NCBI GenBank assembly: GCA_963816395.1
Contig: CAWFKQ010000008.1
Span: 155,113 to 219,112 of the forward strand
Origin: an uncultured delta proteobacterium
GTDB taxonomy: Bacteria; Desulfobacterota; Desulfuromonadia; Desulfuromonadales; JACZKF01
Length of the DNA stretch: 64,000 nucleotides
Direction of reading: 5' to 3'
In this document: positions 43,281-58,344 of the stretch, one piece after another
Layout of the letters: every line of letters begins with the position of its first letter
How positions within the stretch are numbered: the stretch's first letter is position 1
The notes under the pieces: generated by a model
Seen by the model: the letters and a program-made list of their open reading frames with translations, nothing else
Told to the model about the DNA's origin: nothing
Database searches by the model: none
Made by a program: the position numbers and the translations under genes

Positions 43281-43655
43281 ATGAGCCTGCGGATTCTGCT
43301 GTTGATCCTGGCCAGCGTCAGCCTCTCGGCCCTGGCCCAGATTTCCCTCAAGTCCGGCATGGCCAGCGCCAGGGTCCAGCACGCCCTGGGGGACAGCCAT
43401 CGCCTGCAGGCGGTGCTGACCGTCGCCGGCAATCCCCATGTAGTGCTCGGATTGCTGCTGTACTGCCTCGGAGCCGTTCTTTGGCTGCTGGTCCTGGCCC
43501 GTCTCGATGTCAGCTACGCCTATCCCTTCGTTGGCCTTGGTTTCGTCCTGACCATGCTGCTCGGCTTTCTCTTCCTCGACGAACCGGTGGGGAGTCTGCG
43601 GCTCATCGGTACCGTGCTGGTGGTAGCCGGTGTCGTGCTGGTGGCGCGGACATGA
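43281..43655 (+). CDS. SMR/EamA-type 4-TM protein (ArnE/F-like flippase)
   Basis: AQISLK...LARLDVSYAYPF...EPV...G pattern. Confidence 0.75.
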   Translation: MSLRILLLILASVSLSALAQISLKSGMASARVQHALGDSHRLQAVLTVAGNPHVVLGLLLYCLGAVLWLLVLARLDVSYAYPFVGLGFVLTMLLGFLFLDEPVGSLRLIGTVLVVAGVVLVART

Positions 43656-45016
43656 AGGGCGAACGCACCTGGCTCGGCCTGGCGGAGTCTTCCCCCGGCA
43701 ATAGACTCTGCCTTGCCGCCACTCGCCTGACGATCAGTCGGCGAGCCCTGGCCGCCGTGGTTCTGGCGCTCGCCCTGGCCGGCGGCATCTTCGCCTGGCA
43801 CTATGCGCTCGAGCTGAAATTTTCCTCCCTGCAGGCGTTCAAGCAATACGATGTGCTCTTCGATTCCGATCCCAATATCCGCCTGGTGGGATTCGCGCAT
43901 GGCTGGGGGAAATACAACCGCAATCTCCTGCATCCAAACCTCGCCAATTTCATCAACCCGCCGATCCGGTTGATCGCCTCGGTCCTGCACGCCGCCGGCG
44001 TTGGCGGCGGCGACCTGCCGGCGCTCCGGGAGGCCCTGGCGCTGATGGTCGATCCACTGGTTGCGGCGCTGGGGGCGCTGGCTGTTCTCCTCCTCTTCGT
44101 TCGTCTCGGTTTCTCTTTGCCGGCGGCTTTTCTGCTCAGCCTGTTCAGCGCCTGCAGCTTCAGCCAGGTGATCTTCGGCAGCGTCCCCGAGCACTATGCC
44201 CTGAGCGGGCTGATCCTGACCCTCACCTTCCTGGCAGCAGCCGATCTCCTGCAGCGACGGGGACAGGTCAGCTGGCCGGCCTGGCTGTTCCTCGGCGTGT
44301 TGGCCGCCGGGATCACCGTGACCAATCTGGCTATGGTCGCCCTGCTGTTCTGGATCCCGCTTCGGCTTCGCCGGCCGGCGGCGCGGCCGCTCAGGCTTTC
44401 CGCCATTCTCGTCCTGAGCGCGTTGGCCCTGACCTTTGCCAGCGCGCAGCTGCTTAATCTCGGTTACGATCCGGAACCGCAGCCGGTAGGCGAACTGCTC
44501 CACTGGTCGGACAATTTCGTGAAGGCGGATATCCCCGGCAACATCCTGCGTTTTCCCACCGCCCTGGCCGACTCACTGGCGCCGCCGGAACCGGCGCGGA
44601 TGCAGATCCGCTACTTGTGGCCGCGCGGCTCGCACTATCATTTCCAGTTCACCCTGATCGATACCCCGCTCATCCTGAGCCAGCAGAATCTTCTCGGCAC
44701 GGCCCTGTTCCTGCTGCTGGCGGCGGGGGCATTCGGGCATTTCAGAGGTGACCCCGCCCGGCGGGCCCTGGCGTTCGCCGCCCTGGCGGTGATCGCCTAC
44801 AACGGGGTCTTCCACGCTCTCTGGGGCAACGAATATTTTCTCTACTCCCAGCACTGGCTACCTGCGGCGATCTTCCTGGCTGCCGGCATTCTCAACACCC
44901 GGCCGCACCTCCGGCGGGCCGCTTTTCTCCTTCTGGCGGGGCTGGTGCTGGCGACGGCGCTGAACAACTATTTCAACGTGCAGCACATGCTGAATGCCCT
45001 CGCCGCCGCCCGCTGA
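43652..45016 (+). CDS. Polytopic membrane protein, possible GT-C glycosyltransferase
   Basis: About 10 hydrophobic segments; acidic FDSD in the first external loop; PEHY motif; ATGA overlap with the SMR gene. Confidence 0.5.
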   Translation: MKGERTWLGLAESSPGNRLCLAATRLTISRRALAAVVLALALAGGIFAWHYALELKFSSLQAFKQYDVLFDSDPNIRLVGFAHGWGKYNRNLLHPNLANFINPPIRLIASVLHAAGVGGGDLPALREALALMVDPLVAALGALAVLLLFVRLGFSLPAAFLLSLFSACSFSQVIFGSVPEHYALSGLILTLTFLAAADLLQRRGQVSWPAWLFLGVLAAGITVTNLAMVALLFWIPLRLRRPAARPLRLSAILVLSALALTFASAQLLNLGYDPEPQPVGELLHWSDNFVKADIPGNILRFPTALADSLAPPEPARMQIRYLWPRGSHYHFQFTLIDTPLILSQQNLLGTALFLLLAAGAFGHFRGDPARRALAFAALAVIAYNGVFHALWGNEYFLYSQHWLPAAIFLAAGILNTRPHLRRAAFLLLAGLVLATALNNYFNVQHMLNALAAAR

Positions 45017-45091
45017 GTAGTGTGAAGCCTTGAAGAAGGCACATGGCTTTGATCTATCGGATCGTGATTGGCGAGCCGCAGGCAGCCCTGC

Positions 45092-45583
45092 TCATTCCCG
45101 CACATAGATGTCGATATCGGTTTCATGCACCATGGCCATCAAGTGGGCGTATTCGGATTCGACCACCTGGTAATGCCGGTCCTCGTCCAGTGCCAGGCCC
45201 CGGTAAACCTCCCGGGTCGCGGCATCCTTGGCTGCGGCCGCATGCCGGCGGTACTCCTCTCCATTCTCCCGCTCCAGGCGCATGGCGATCTCCAGCGCCT
45301 TGCGGTCGGGCAGCTCGGGGTCGAGGGCTGCCGCCAAATCGCGCAGCAAAGGTGCTTCCAGGTGCGGCGGCCGCTGGATAAACTCTTCCGCCGAGCCCAG
45401 CTCTTCCCCCTCGTACTGCGCCAGAAGCCGCCGGATGTGTTCTTCCTCCTCCCGGATGAGGATTTCAAAAGCCTTGCGCGTTCTCGGACGGGCTGCCCGG
45501 GCGGCTGCTTCACGGTAGAGATCGAGGCCTTCCTTTTCCCGTTGCAGACACTGCCTGAGAATTTCCCTGGCATGTTTTTTCAT
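45092..45583 (-). CDS. Ferritin-like/rubrerythrin family protein
   Basis: E...EEEEH and E...DEDRH diiron helices. Confidence 0.75.
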   Translation of the reverse strand: MKKHAREILRQCLQREKEGLDLYREAAARAARPRTRKAFEILIREEEEHIRRLLAQYEGEELGSAEEFIQRPPHLEAPLLRDLAAALDPELPDRKALEIAMRLERENGEEYRRHAAAAKDAATREVYRGLALDEDRHYQVVESEYAHLMAMVHETDIDIYVRE

Positions 45584-45805
45584 GGCCCGCCTCCTTCGGT
45601 TTGGCATGTTCGTCGGTTCCCTTTATTTTAACCGGGTCCGGACCGTTGAAAAGGCTGTCTGGGGATGGCGGAGCGTCTGAAGGAAATGGAACACTATTTG
45701 ATTAAATCCCTTTTTCTGCTATCGTCCTGCCTGTCGGCGGGGCTTAAAGGTCCTGTCGATCAGGCGCACTGGCCGGAATGCGGCCGTTCCAACCCGGGAT
45801 CTGCC

Positions 45806-47422
45806 ATGAACACTGCCGATGACCTGCTGGACCGGATCGAGAGGTTGAACACCCTGGGGATCGGGCTCTCCGCCGAAAAGGATTACGACCGTCTGCTGGA
45901 GATGATTTTGACCGGCGCCCGGGAGATCACCCGCGCCGACGGCGGCACCCTGTATCTGTTGTCCGAGGGCCGGGAGCTGCGCTTCGAAATCGTCCGCACC
46001 GCCTCCCTGGGGGTGGCAATGGGGGGAGGCAGCGGCCGGCCGGTGTCCCTGCCGGCCATTCCCCTCTACGATCCGGACGGTCGCCCCAACCTGCGGACCG
46101 TCGCCGCCCGTGCCGCTCTGGAGAATCGGATCATCAACATTCCCGACGCCTACGCGGCTGCGGATTTCGATTTCTCGGGCACCCGTGAATTCGACGCGCG
46201 GGCCGGTTATCGTTCACGTTCCCTGCTCGCCGTCCCGATGAACGACCATGAAGGGCGCCTGCTCGGCCTCCTGCAACTGATCAACGCCGTCGATCCGCAG
46301 TCCGGCGCCATCGTCCCTTTCTCGCCGGCGGATGAGCGCCTGGTCGCATCCCTGGCTTCGCAGGCGGCCGTGGCCCTCAACCGCAAGCGTCTGATCGAGG
46401 ACCTGCAGGGGCTGCTCGATTCCCTGACCCGGCTCATCGCTACTGCCATCGACGAGAAATCTCCCTATACCGGCGGCCATTGCCGCCGCGTGCCGGTGAT
46501 CACGCTGCTGCTGGCCGATGCCGTTAACCGCTCCGAGGCGCCGCCGTTCCTCGACGTCCGCTTCGATGCACAGGAGCGCTATGAGCTGGAAATGGCGGCC
46601 TGGCTGCATGACTGCGGCAAAATCGCCACCCCCGAGCACCTTATCGACAAGCGCACTAAGCTGGAGACGATCTGCGACCGCATCCAGCTGATCGACGCGC
46701 GGATCGAGGTGCTCCGGCGGGAGGCCCGCATCGACTTCCTGGAGCAGAAAGTTGCCGCTCTCGAATCCGGCCGGCCGGACTGCCTGCCGGCTCTGGAGCT
46801 GCAGCTGACGGATCGATTGGCCAAGCTCGAGTCCGACCGGCAGTTTCTGCACCTCTGCAACCAGGGGCGGGAGGCGATGGGCGAAGCGGATCAGGCAAGG
46901 CTGCGGGAGCTGTCCGCGGTCCAGCTCCGCCACGACGGGGGCGTGCCCCAACCCCTGCTGCGCGAAGAGGAGGTCCGCTGCCTTTCGATTCACCGGGGAA
47001 CGCTGACCGCCGAGGAACGCGCGGTCCTGGAAGCGCACGTCCGCTCGACCATTCACATGCTGCGGACCCTGCCCTTTCCCGAGCACCTGCGGAACGTGCC
47101 GGCCATCGCCGGCGGCCACCATGAGAAGCTCGACGGCACCGGCTATCCGCACGGGCTGACCGCTGAGCAGATGCCCCTGCAGTCGCGTATCCTGGCCATT
47201 GCCGACGTTTTCGAGGCGCTGACCGCCGCCGACCGCCCCTACCGCCGGGCCAACACCCTCTCGGAAGCGTTGGGAATCATGGCGCGGATGTGCCGGGAAG
47301 GGCATCTCGATCCCGACCTGTTCGGTCTTTTCGTCCGGGAACGGCTCTATCTCGATTACGCAACGGCCTTTCTGCTCCCCGAACAGCTCGACTCGGTCGA
47401 CACCTTGAACCTTGGATCATGA
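45806..47422 (+). CDS. GAF-domain HD-GYP phosphodiesterase
   Basis: GAF (GYRSRSLLAVPM...QLIN), YTGGHCRRV, WLHDCGK, HHEKLDGTGYP, DRPY. Confidence 0.88.
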   Translation: MNTADDLLDRIERLNTLGIGLSAEKDYDRLLEMILTGAREITRADGGTLYLLSEGRELRFEIVRTASLGVAMGGGSGRPVSLPAIPLYDPDGRPNLRTVAARAALENRIINIPDAYAAADFDFSGTREFDARAGYRSRSLLAVPMNDHEGRLLGLLQLINAVDPQSGAIVPFSPADERLVASLASQAAVALNRKRLIEDLQGLLDSLTRLIATAIDEKSPYTGGHCRRVPVITLLLADAVNRSEAPPFLDVRFDAQERYELEMAAWLHDCGKIATPEHLIDKRTKLETICDRIQLIDARIEVLRREARIDFLEQKVAALESGRPDCLPALELQLTDRLAKLESDRQFLHLCNQGREAMGEADQARLRELSAVQLRHDGGVPQPLLREEEVRCLSIHRGTLTAEERAVLEAHVRSTIHMLRTLPFPEHLRNVPAIAGGHHEKLDGTGYPHGLTAEQMPLQSRILAIADVFEALTAADRPYRRANTLSEALGIMARMCREGHLDPDLFGLFVRERLYLDYATAFLLPEQLDSVDTLNLGS

Positions 47423-47487
47423 ACCTTGCCTGGTTATGCATTTCACTCAAGTTGAGGCCCATGGGCAGGCAATCATGACGACCCATC

Positions 47488-47567
47488 AACAGGGATGGAC
47501 AGGATATACAGGATAAAACCCATGAACTTAAAATGACTTTATCCTGTTCATCCTGTATATCCCTGTT
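47488..47567. repeat. 30-bp inverted repeat built of 9-mers (RNACAGGAT), flanked by CCTTGAA heptamer arrays
   Basis: AACAGGGATGGACAGGATATACAGGATAAA ... TTTATCCTGTTCATCCTGTATATCCCTGTT; heptamers near 47403-47428 and 47634-47664. Confidence 0.7.
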
Positions 47568-47685
47568 TAAAGGTTTTGAAAGACTCTCAATTTATTCATC
47601 GTTTTGTTCCCCTGGAGCAAAGTTCATAACCAGAGAACCTTGAACCTTAAACCTTGAACCTGAATCAAAGCGGAAGGAGCAGTGA

Positions 47686-48474
47686 ATGAAGTGTCACGAA
47701 GTGGATTACCGGATTATCGGCGATGATATGCAGATGGTGCAGGTCGAGCTCGATCCCGGCGAGACGGTGATCGCCGAGGCCGGCGCCATGAACTATATGG
47801 AAGAGGGGATCGTCTTCGAGGCCCGGATGGGCGACGGCTCGCAGCCCGACCAGGGGCTGCTGGGCAAGTTGTTCAGCGCCGGCAAACGGGCGATGACCGG
47901 GGAATCGCTGTTCATGACCCACTTCACCCACCGCGGCGGCGGCAAGGCGCACGTCGCTTTCGCCGCCCCCTTCCCGGGGAAAATCATCCCCCTGGACCTG
48001 GGGCAGCTGGGAGGGGAGATCCTCTGCCAGAAAGAGTCGTTCCTCTGCGCCGCCTTCGGCACCTCCATCGGCATTGCCTTCCAGCGTAAACTCGGCGTCG
48101 GCTTTTTCGGCGGCGAGGGTTTCATCCTGCAGCGCCTGCGCGGCGACGGCCTGGTTTTCATTCACGCCTGCGGCACCATCATCGAGCGCGAGCTGCGGGG
48201 GGAAATGCTGCGGGTCGACACCGGCTGCCTGGTCGCCTTCGAGCCGACGGTCCAGTACGATATCGAGCGCGCCGGCAACCTCAAGAGCATGTTCTTCGGC
48301 GGCGAGGGGATGTTCCTCGCCACCCTGCGCGGCCACGGCAAAGTCTGGCTGCAGAGCCTGCCCTTCAGCCGCCTGGCCGACCGCATCCTCGCCAACGCAC
48401 CGCGCCAGGGGGGCAACTCCACCGGCGAGGGGTCGGTTCTCGGCGGTCTCGGCCGCCTGTTCGAGGATAGATAA
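47686..48474 (+). CDS. TIGR00266/AIM24 family protein
   Basis: [33 protein letters not shown]. Confidence 0.88.
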   Translation: MKCHEVDYRIIGDDMQMVQVELDPGETVIAEAGAMNYMEEGIVFEARMGDGSQPDQGLLGKLFSAGKRAMTGESLFMTHFTHRGGGKAHVAFAAPFPGKIIPLDLGQLGGEILCQKESFLCAAFGTSIGIAFQRKLGVGFFGGEGFILQRLRGDGLVFIHACGTIIERELRGEMLRVDTGCLVAFEPTVQYDIERAGNLKSMFFGGEGMFLATLRGHGKVWLQSLPFSRLADRILANAPRQGGNSTGEGSVLGGLGRLFEDR

Positions 48475-48480
48475 AACCAT

Positions 48481-48533
48481 GCAGGGGCAGGCCCCCGTGC
48501 CTGCTCAGGGCGGCCACGGGGGGCTGTCTCTAC
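48481..48533. repeat. REP doublet (GTAG-type, degenerate)
   Basis: GCAGGGGCAGGCCCCCGTG...CACGGGGGGCTGTCTCTAC inverted pair between convergent genes. Confidence 0.55.
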
Positions 48534-48609
48534 GGGAGATCTGCCCGGTCTGCTTCAGGCTAGACGACCCGCGGGCGTCCGGCAGCATGCCGCGGCGCCC
48601 GCGAACGTC

Positions 48610-49071
48610 TCAGGCGGACGGCGCCACCGGGATCTTGAAGACGATTTTCTTCACCGCCGCCGGCGTCCCGTCAAGGAGGACCGTCGGCATATGGCCGTCG
48701 TCAGGGAAGAAGACCGCGAAGGCGCCCGGCTGCAGGGTGAAGAAGTCGGCGCTCCCCTCCAGCTTGAGGAAATCCTTCTCCTCGTCATAGGGAAATTCCC
48801 GCCCGGTGCTGCGGCTGCAGAAGCCGATTCCTTCACGGCCGCTGAGCAGCAGCTGAATGTCGATATAATGACGATGACACTCGATGAAGCACTCGGCGAG
48901 CGGTCGGGTCTGATATTCGCTGACCAGCGCGAAGGCGCCGCGGCCATCGACCTCATAGCGGCCGGGGGGCAGGTCGTCCGCCGCGTGCGCCTGCAGAAAG
49001 GCGTGGGCGGCGGCGAACTGGGGGTGCAGCGGCAAGTAAAGTGGAAAATTGCACAACTGGTCGATGATCAT
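48610..49071 (-). CDS. YhcH/YjgK/YiaL family protein
   Basis: ECHRHYIDIQ, FFPDDGHMP, KKIVFKI. Confidence 0.88.
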   Translation of the reverse strand: MIIDQLCNFPLYLPLHPQFAAAHAFLQAHAADDLPPGRYEVDGRGAFALVSEYQTRPLAECFIECHRHYIDIQLLLSGREGIGFCSRSTGREFPYDEEKDFLKLEGSADFFTLQPGAFAVFFPDDGHMPTVLLDGTPAAVKKIVFKIPVAPSA

Positions 49072-49170
49072 CGGTAGCGCCTCCTGGCGAAGGGAGAATG
49101 CGCGCATTCAAGCCTTTTGCCCGGAAGCTGTCAAGGGCGTTTTTCCCGCGGGGCGAACAGGGAGGATGAC

Positions 49171-49710
49171 ATGGATTTTGGGTTGCTGTGGCGGCGCATT
49201 CTGCGGGCGGCCAGGCTCGAGGTCGCGCTGTACGAAGAGGTGGAGGCGGACCGTGAAGCCTTGGGACAGGCCGCCCTGGTGGTCATCTTCGCCAGCCTGG
49301 CCGCCGGCGTCGGCGGAGTGAACCGGGGCGGCGCCGGGGGGGTCCTGGTCATCACCCTCGCTTCCCTGGCCAGCTGGTACGTCTGGGCCTACCTCACCTA
49401 CCTGGTCGGCACCCGCCTCCTCCCCGAGCCGCAGACGAGCGCCGACCCGGGCGAACTGCTGCGGACCATCGGCTTCGCCAGCTCTCCCGGCCTGATCCGG
49501 GTGCTGGGGGTGATCCCCGGCCTGACCGCCATCGTCAACGCCGTCGCCGTCGTCTGGATGCTGGTGGCCATGGTCATCGCCGTGCGCCAGGCCCTCGATT
49601 ACCGGAGCACCTGGCGGGCGGTCGGCGTCTGCCTGATCGGCTGGTTCATCCAGGCACTGATTCTGGCGCTGGTGCTCGCCATCTTCGGCGGCCACGGGAC
49701 GCCGGGGTAG
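49171..49710 (+). CDS. YIP1 family membrane protein
   Basis: LYEEVEAD...LLRTIGFASSPG...AVRQALDY; 5 TM segments. Confidence 0.75.
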   Translation: MDFGLLWRRILRAARLEVALYEEVEADREALGQAALVVIFASLAAGVGGVNRGGAGGVLVITLASLASWYVWAYLTYLVGTRLLPEPQTSADPGELLRTIGFASSPGLIRVLGVIPGLTAIVNAVAVVWMLVAMVIAVRQALDYRSTWRAVGVCLIGWFIQALILALVLAIFGGHGTPG

Positions 49711-49742
49711 CCTCTCGCGCCCGGAGCGCGGGCGCTTTGGCG

Positions 49743-49771
49743 TTGACAGTGGGAACAGGCAGGGCTATTTT
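49743..49771 (+). promoter_or_regulatory. Sigma-70 promoter
   Basis: TTGACA-17 nt-TATTTT. Confidence 0.6.
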
Positions 49772-49850
49772 GCGAGTGTTGGTTTTGTTTTTTTAATGGG
49801 TGGGGGAAGGGGATGGGATTTCGCCGGGCAGACCTTTCGCCGCACCATAA

Positions 49851-49890
49851 AGAGCCGCCGGACCGTGGAGAACGGGCCGGCGGCTTTTCT
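49851..49890 (+). terminator. Terminator-like hairpin upstream of the WYL gene
   Basis: AGAGCCGCCGG...CCGGCGGCTTTTCT. Confidence 0.6.
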
Positions 49891-49963
49891 GTTGTGCAGT
49901 TGGAAAAGCGCAGGGCGACTCACAATACAGTTCGAAGCGTCAATGGACGATGGAAGGGAATTT

Positions 49964-50935
49964 ATGTCCGATCACCTGAAGTTCGAGCGGTTCTACTGGT
50001 TTGACCGGGAGGTCAGAAACCAGCGCTACCCGAATGCCACCACCCTTGCCCGGCGCTTCGAGATTTCCGGCAAAACCGCCCAGCGCAGTATTGACTACAT
50101 GCGCGACACGTTGTGCGCACCCCTCGATTACGATGCCCACCGCAGGGGCTATTTCTATACCGAGAGCGGTTTCGCTCTCCCGGCCTTCGAGGTTTCCCAG
50201 AACGAGCTTTTGGCCATTCTGTTGGCGCAGAACCTGCTATCCGGCAGCGCCGGCGGGCTTATCAGTCATTCCATTCGCAGCTTCGGCCGCAAACTGTTCG
50301 CCACCACCGGCGCTATCGGGCTAAGCGAAGAGCGCATCAATACCGCCTTTTCAGCCGTCTGGCATGGCTACACCCCGGCCGAGGCGGAGACCTTCCGCAT
50401 CGTTGCCGATGCCCTGGTGCAGCGGCGGCGGCTTGTCTTCCGCTATTTCGCACCCTCCACCAACGAAAGCACCGACCGCCTGGTCGAGCCTGCTCACCTG
50501 CAGCATTACATGGGGAGTTGGATCCTGCTCGCTTTCTGCACCGACCGCCAGGCCTGGCGCAAGTTTCATCTGGGCCGGATGCGTCAGGTGCGACTGACCG
50601 GGACTGAATTTTCCCCCGTGTCTCCGGCCTGTGTGCTGCAGCATCTCCAGGGCGCCTTCGGCATCTTCCAGAGCGGACAGCCGCAGGAGGTGGCTTTGCA
50701 CTTCAACGCCTACCGCGCCCGCTGGCTGCGGGACGAATTCTGGCACCCCGACCAAGTTATCGAGGAGCAGCCTGACGGCTCCCTTGTCATGCGTTTCACC
50801 GTTACCGACCTGCGTGAGGTCAAGCTGCGGGTGCTGCAGTACGGAGCCCAGGTAGAGGTCCTTGCCCCCGTCGAACTGCGCGAAGAAGTCCTTGCCGAAA
50901 TCGGCCTGATGATCAAGGTCTACGAAGAAGATTGA
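49964..50935 (+). CDS. WYL-domain transcriptional regulator (wHTH-WYL-WCX)
   Basis: LARRFEISGKTAQRSIDYMRD HTH; RLVEP...WILLAFC...RKFHLGRM WYL; C-terminal YGAQVEVLAPVELR. Confidence 0.9.
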   Translation: MSDHLKFERFYWFDREVRNQRYPNATTLARRFEISGKTAQRSIDYMRDTLCAPLDYDAHRRGYFYTESGFALPAFEVSQNELLAILLAQNLLSGSAGGLISHSIRSFGRKLFATTGAIGLSEERINTAFSAVWHGYTPAEAETFRIVADALVQRRRLVFRYFAPSTNESTDRLVEPAHLQHYMGSWILLAFCTDRQAWRKFHLGRMRQVRLTGTEFSPVSPACVLQHLQGAFGIFQSGQPQEVALHFNAYRARWLRDEFWHPDQVIEEQPDGSLVMRFTVTDLREVKLRVLQYGAQVEVLAPVELREEVLAEIGLMIKVYEED

Positions 50936-50952
50936 AAAAATTCTTACATGTA

Positions 50953-50985
50953 GGACAGCGGATGTCCGGGGTGGGGTGGTAGATT
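50953..50985 (+). promoter_or_regulatory. Candidate WYL operator and extended -10 of the cas operon
   Basis: GGACA-GCGGA-TGTCC palindrome (50953-50967), then TGn-TAGATT (50980-50985). Confidence 0.55.
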
Positions 50986-51120
50986 GGCGGCTGCTTTGTC
51001 TTTTCACTACGCCGGAAGGTTGCGCGTTGGACATTGATGTCAACGCGTTCTGCGCGATGGGGGTGTGTTGAACCGGTCGCGGAGGTTAGGCCCACGCCTG
51101 GCAGGCCAGGCCGGTTTTGA

Positions 51121-56704
<5,584 letters not shown>

Positions 56705-56705
56705 T

Positions 56706-58208
56706 ATGCTCGCCATCGGTTTTCGCTTCAGCGGCGGGCGCTATCACGCCACGCCGTGGGGGCGACATGTGAACGAAGCCGATGTCGAATGGCCGCCGTC
56801 GCCATGGCGCATTCTGCGGGCTTTAATCGCGGTCTGGCATCGCAAGATTCATAACGAGGCTTATCCCGTGGCGGCGCTGGAGGGGCTTCTGACGCAAATT
56901 TCCGGGTCGCTCCCCGACTACCGCCTGCCCATTGCCATCCACTCCCATGTGCGCCACTACATGCCGGTGCGCGAAGGGGCCAAGGACAAGAGAACCCTTA
57001 TTTTCGATGCTTTTGCCCGTATTTCGACAGAGGATGAGTTGGTTGCCGCCTGGCCGGAGGTTATTCTTGACGATGCGTCACAACAGCTTCTCGACCAATT
57101 GTTGATTGGACTGGCTTATCTCGGGAGGGCCGAGAGCTGGGTTGAGGCGCGTCGGCTGGAAGGGTGGCAGGGTGAACCGAACTGTGTGCCGGGCGATACG
57201 GCGCTTGATGTGACGACGGGTGAGATCGGCGAGGTAGTGGCCCTCTTCTGTCCGCAATCGCCCTCTGCCTATCAGGCTTCTCGCGACCAATGGCAAGAGG
57301 CCAACCCGATCAAGGGGAAGAAGAAGGGTGGTGCGGCTCTGCCTGAATCGTGGCTGGCTGCCGTCGGCATGGAAACCAGTGAGCTGCAAGCCGCAGGCTG
57401 GAGCCAGCCCCCGGCGGCGCGGCGGGTCTTTTACCGGCGACCATCCGGGGCCTTGAAACCAGACGCGTCAACTGTGGCCGTCCGTTCTCGCCCGCAGCAG
57501 AAAGCAGTGACAACAGTCCGATTTGCCCTGTACGGCCGCCCGTTGCCGCGAATGGAAGATGCGGTGAGGATCGGCGAACTCGCCCGCGTGGCCTTGATGC
57601 ATCTGGCTGAAAAGCACCTCGGGCAGGTGCCGTCCCTGCTTTCGGGGCATGATCTTCCAGAAACCAACCGGCATCATCACGCTTTTTTCCTTCCCGAGTG
57701 TAACAATCAAGGGCGCGTTGACCACCTTCTGGTTCATGCACCAGGCGCATTCGAGGCGGACCACCTGCGGGCGGTCCAGAAACTCAATCGGCTCTATACT
57801 CGCGACGGCAATGAATGGCAGGTTGTTTTCGAAGGGGCGGGCGATCGCGGCGCCTTTGTCGAGGTCAGTCCCCTTACAGGATGCGGGCAGACGTGGCAAT
57901 CCGTGACTCCGTATCTGCGCCCTTGGCACATCAAGAAAAATTTCGGGGTCGCGGAGCAAATCCGCAAAGAATGCCGATTGCGCGGATTACCGGAGCCAAT
58001 CGAAATCAGGCCACTACCCGAAGTGATGGTTGGCAATACGCTGCGACGGCCAGTGCATTTTCATCGTTTTCGCAGCAGGCGCGGTCTGACCCAGCCGGAC
58101 ACGAGCGGCTCGCTGGTTGAACTGGTCTTCCCCGAGCCGGTCACCGGCCCGCTCGCCCTTGGCTTCGCCTGCCACTACGGCCTCGGCCTTTTCGCCCCGC
58201 AGGAGTGA
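56706..58208 (+). CDS. csb2: Type I-G Cas5/Cas6 fusion Csb2
   Basis: YHATPWGRHVNEADVEWPPSPWR, YLGRAESW, C-terminal GPLALGFACHYGLGLF G-loop. Confidence 0.9.
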   Translation: MLAIGFRFSGGRYHATPWGRHVNEADVEWPPSPWRILRALIAVWHRKIHNEAYPVAALEGLLTQISGSLPDYRLPIAIHSHVRHYMPVREGAKDKRTLIFDAFARISTEDELVAAWPEVILDDASQQLLDQLLIGLAYLGRAESWVEARRLEGWQGEPNCVPGDTALDVTTGEIGEVVALFCPQSPSAYQASRDQWQEANPIKGKKKGGAALPESWLAAVGMETSELQAAGWSQPPAARRVFYRRPSGALKPDASTVAVRSRPQQKAVTTVRFALYGRPLPRMEDAVRIGELARVALMHLAEKHLGQVPSLLSGHDLPETNRHHHAFFLPECNNQGRVDHLLVHAPGAFEADHLRAVQKLNRLYTRDGNEWQVVFEGAGDRGAFVEVSPLTGCGQTWQSVTPYLRPWHIKKNFGVAEQIRKECRLRGLPEPIEIRPLPEVMVGNTLRRPVHFHRFRSRRGLTQPDTSGSLVELVFPEPVTGPLALGFACHYGLGLFAPQE

Positions 58209-58344
58209 TCCCCCATGCTCCTCTGGATTTTCGGCTGCGGCGGCGGGCTGCTCTATCTATGGCCGCCTTCGGCCTCTATAGACTCGTCAGCCGGTTGAAC
58301 GAATTTCTGATCAACGGGCGATAGCCCGCTCCACGGAGGGATGG

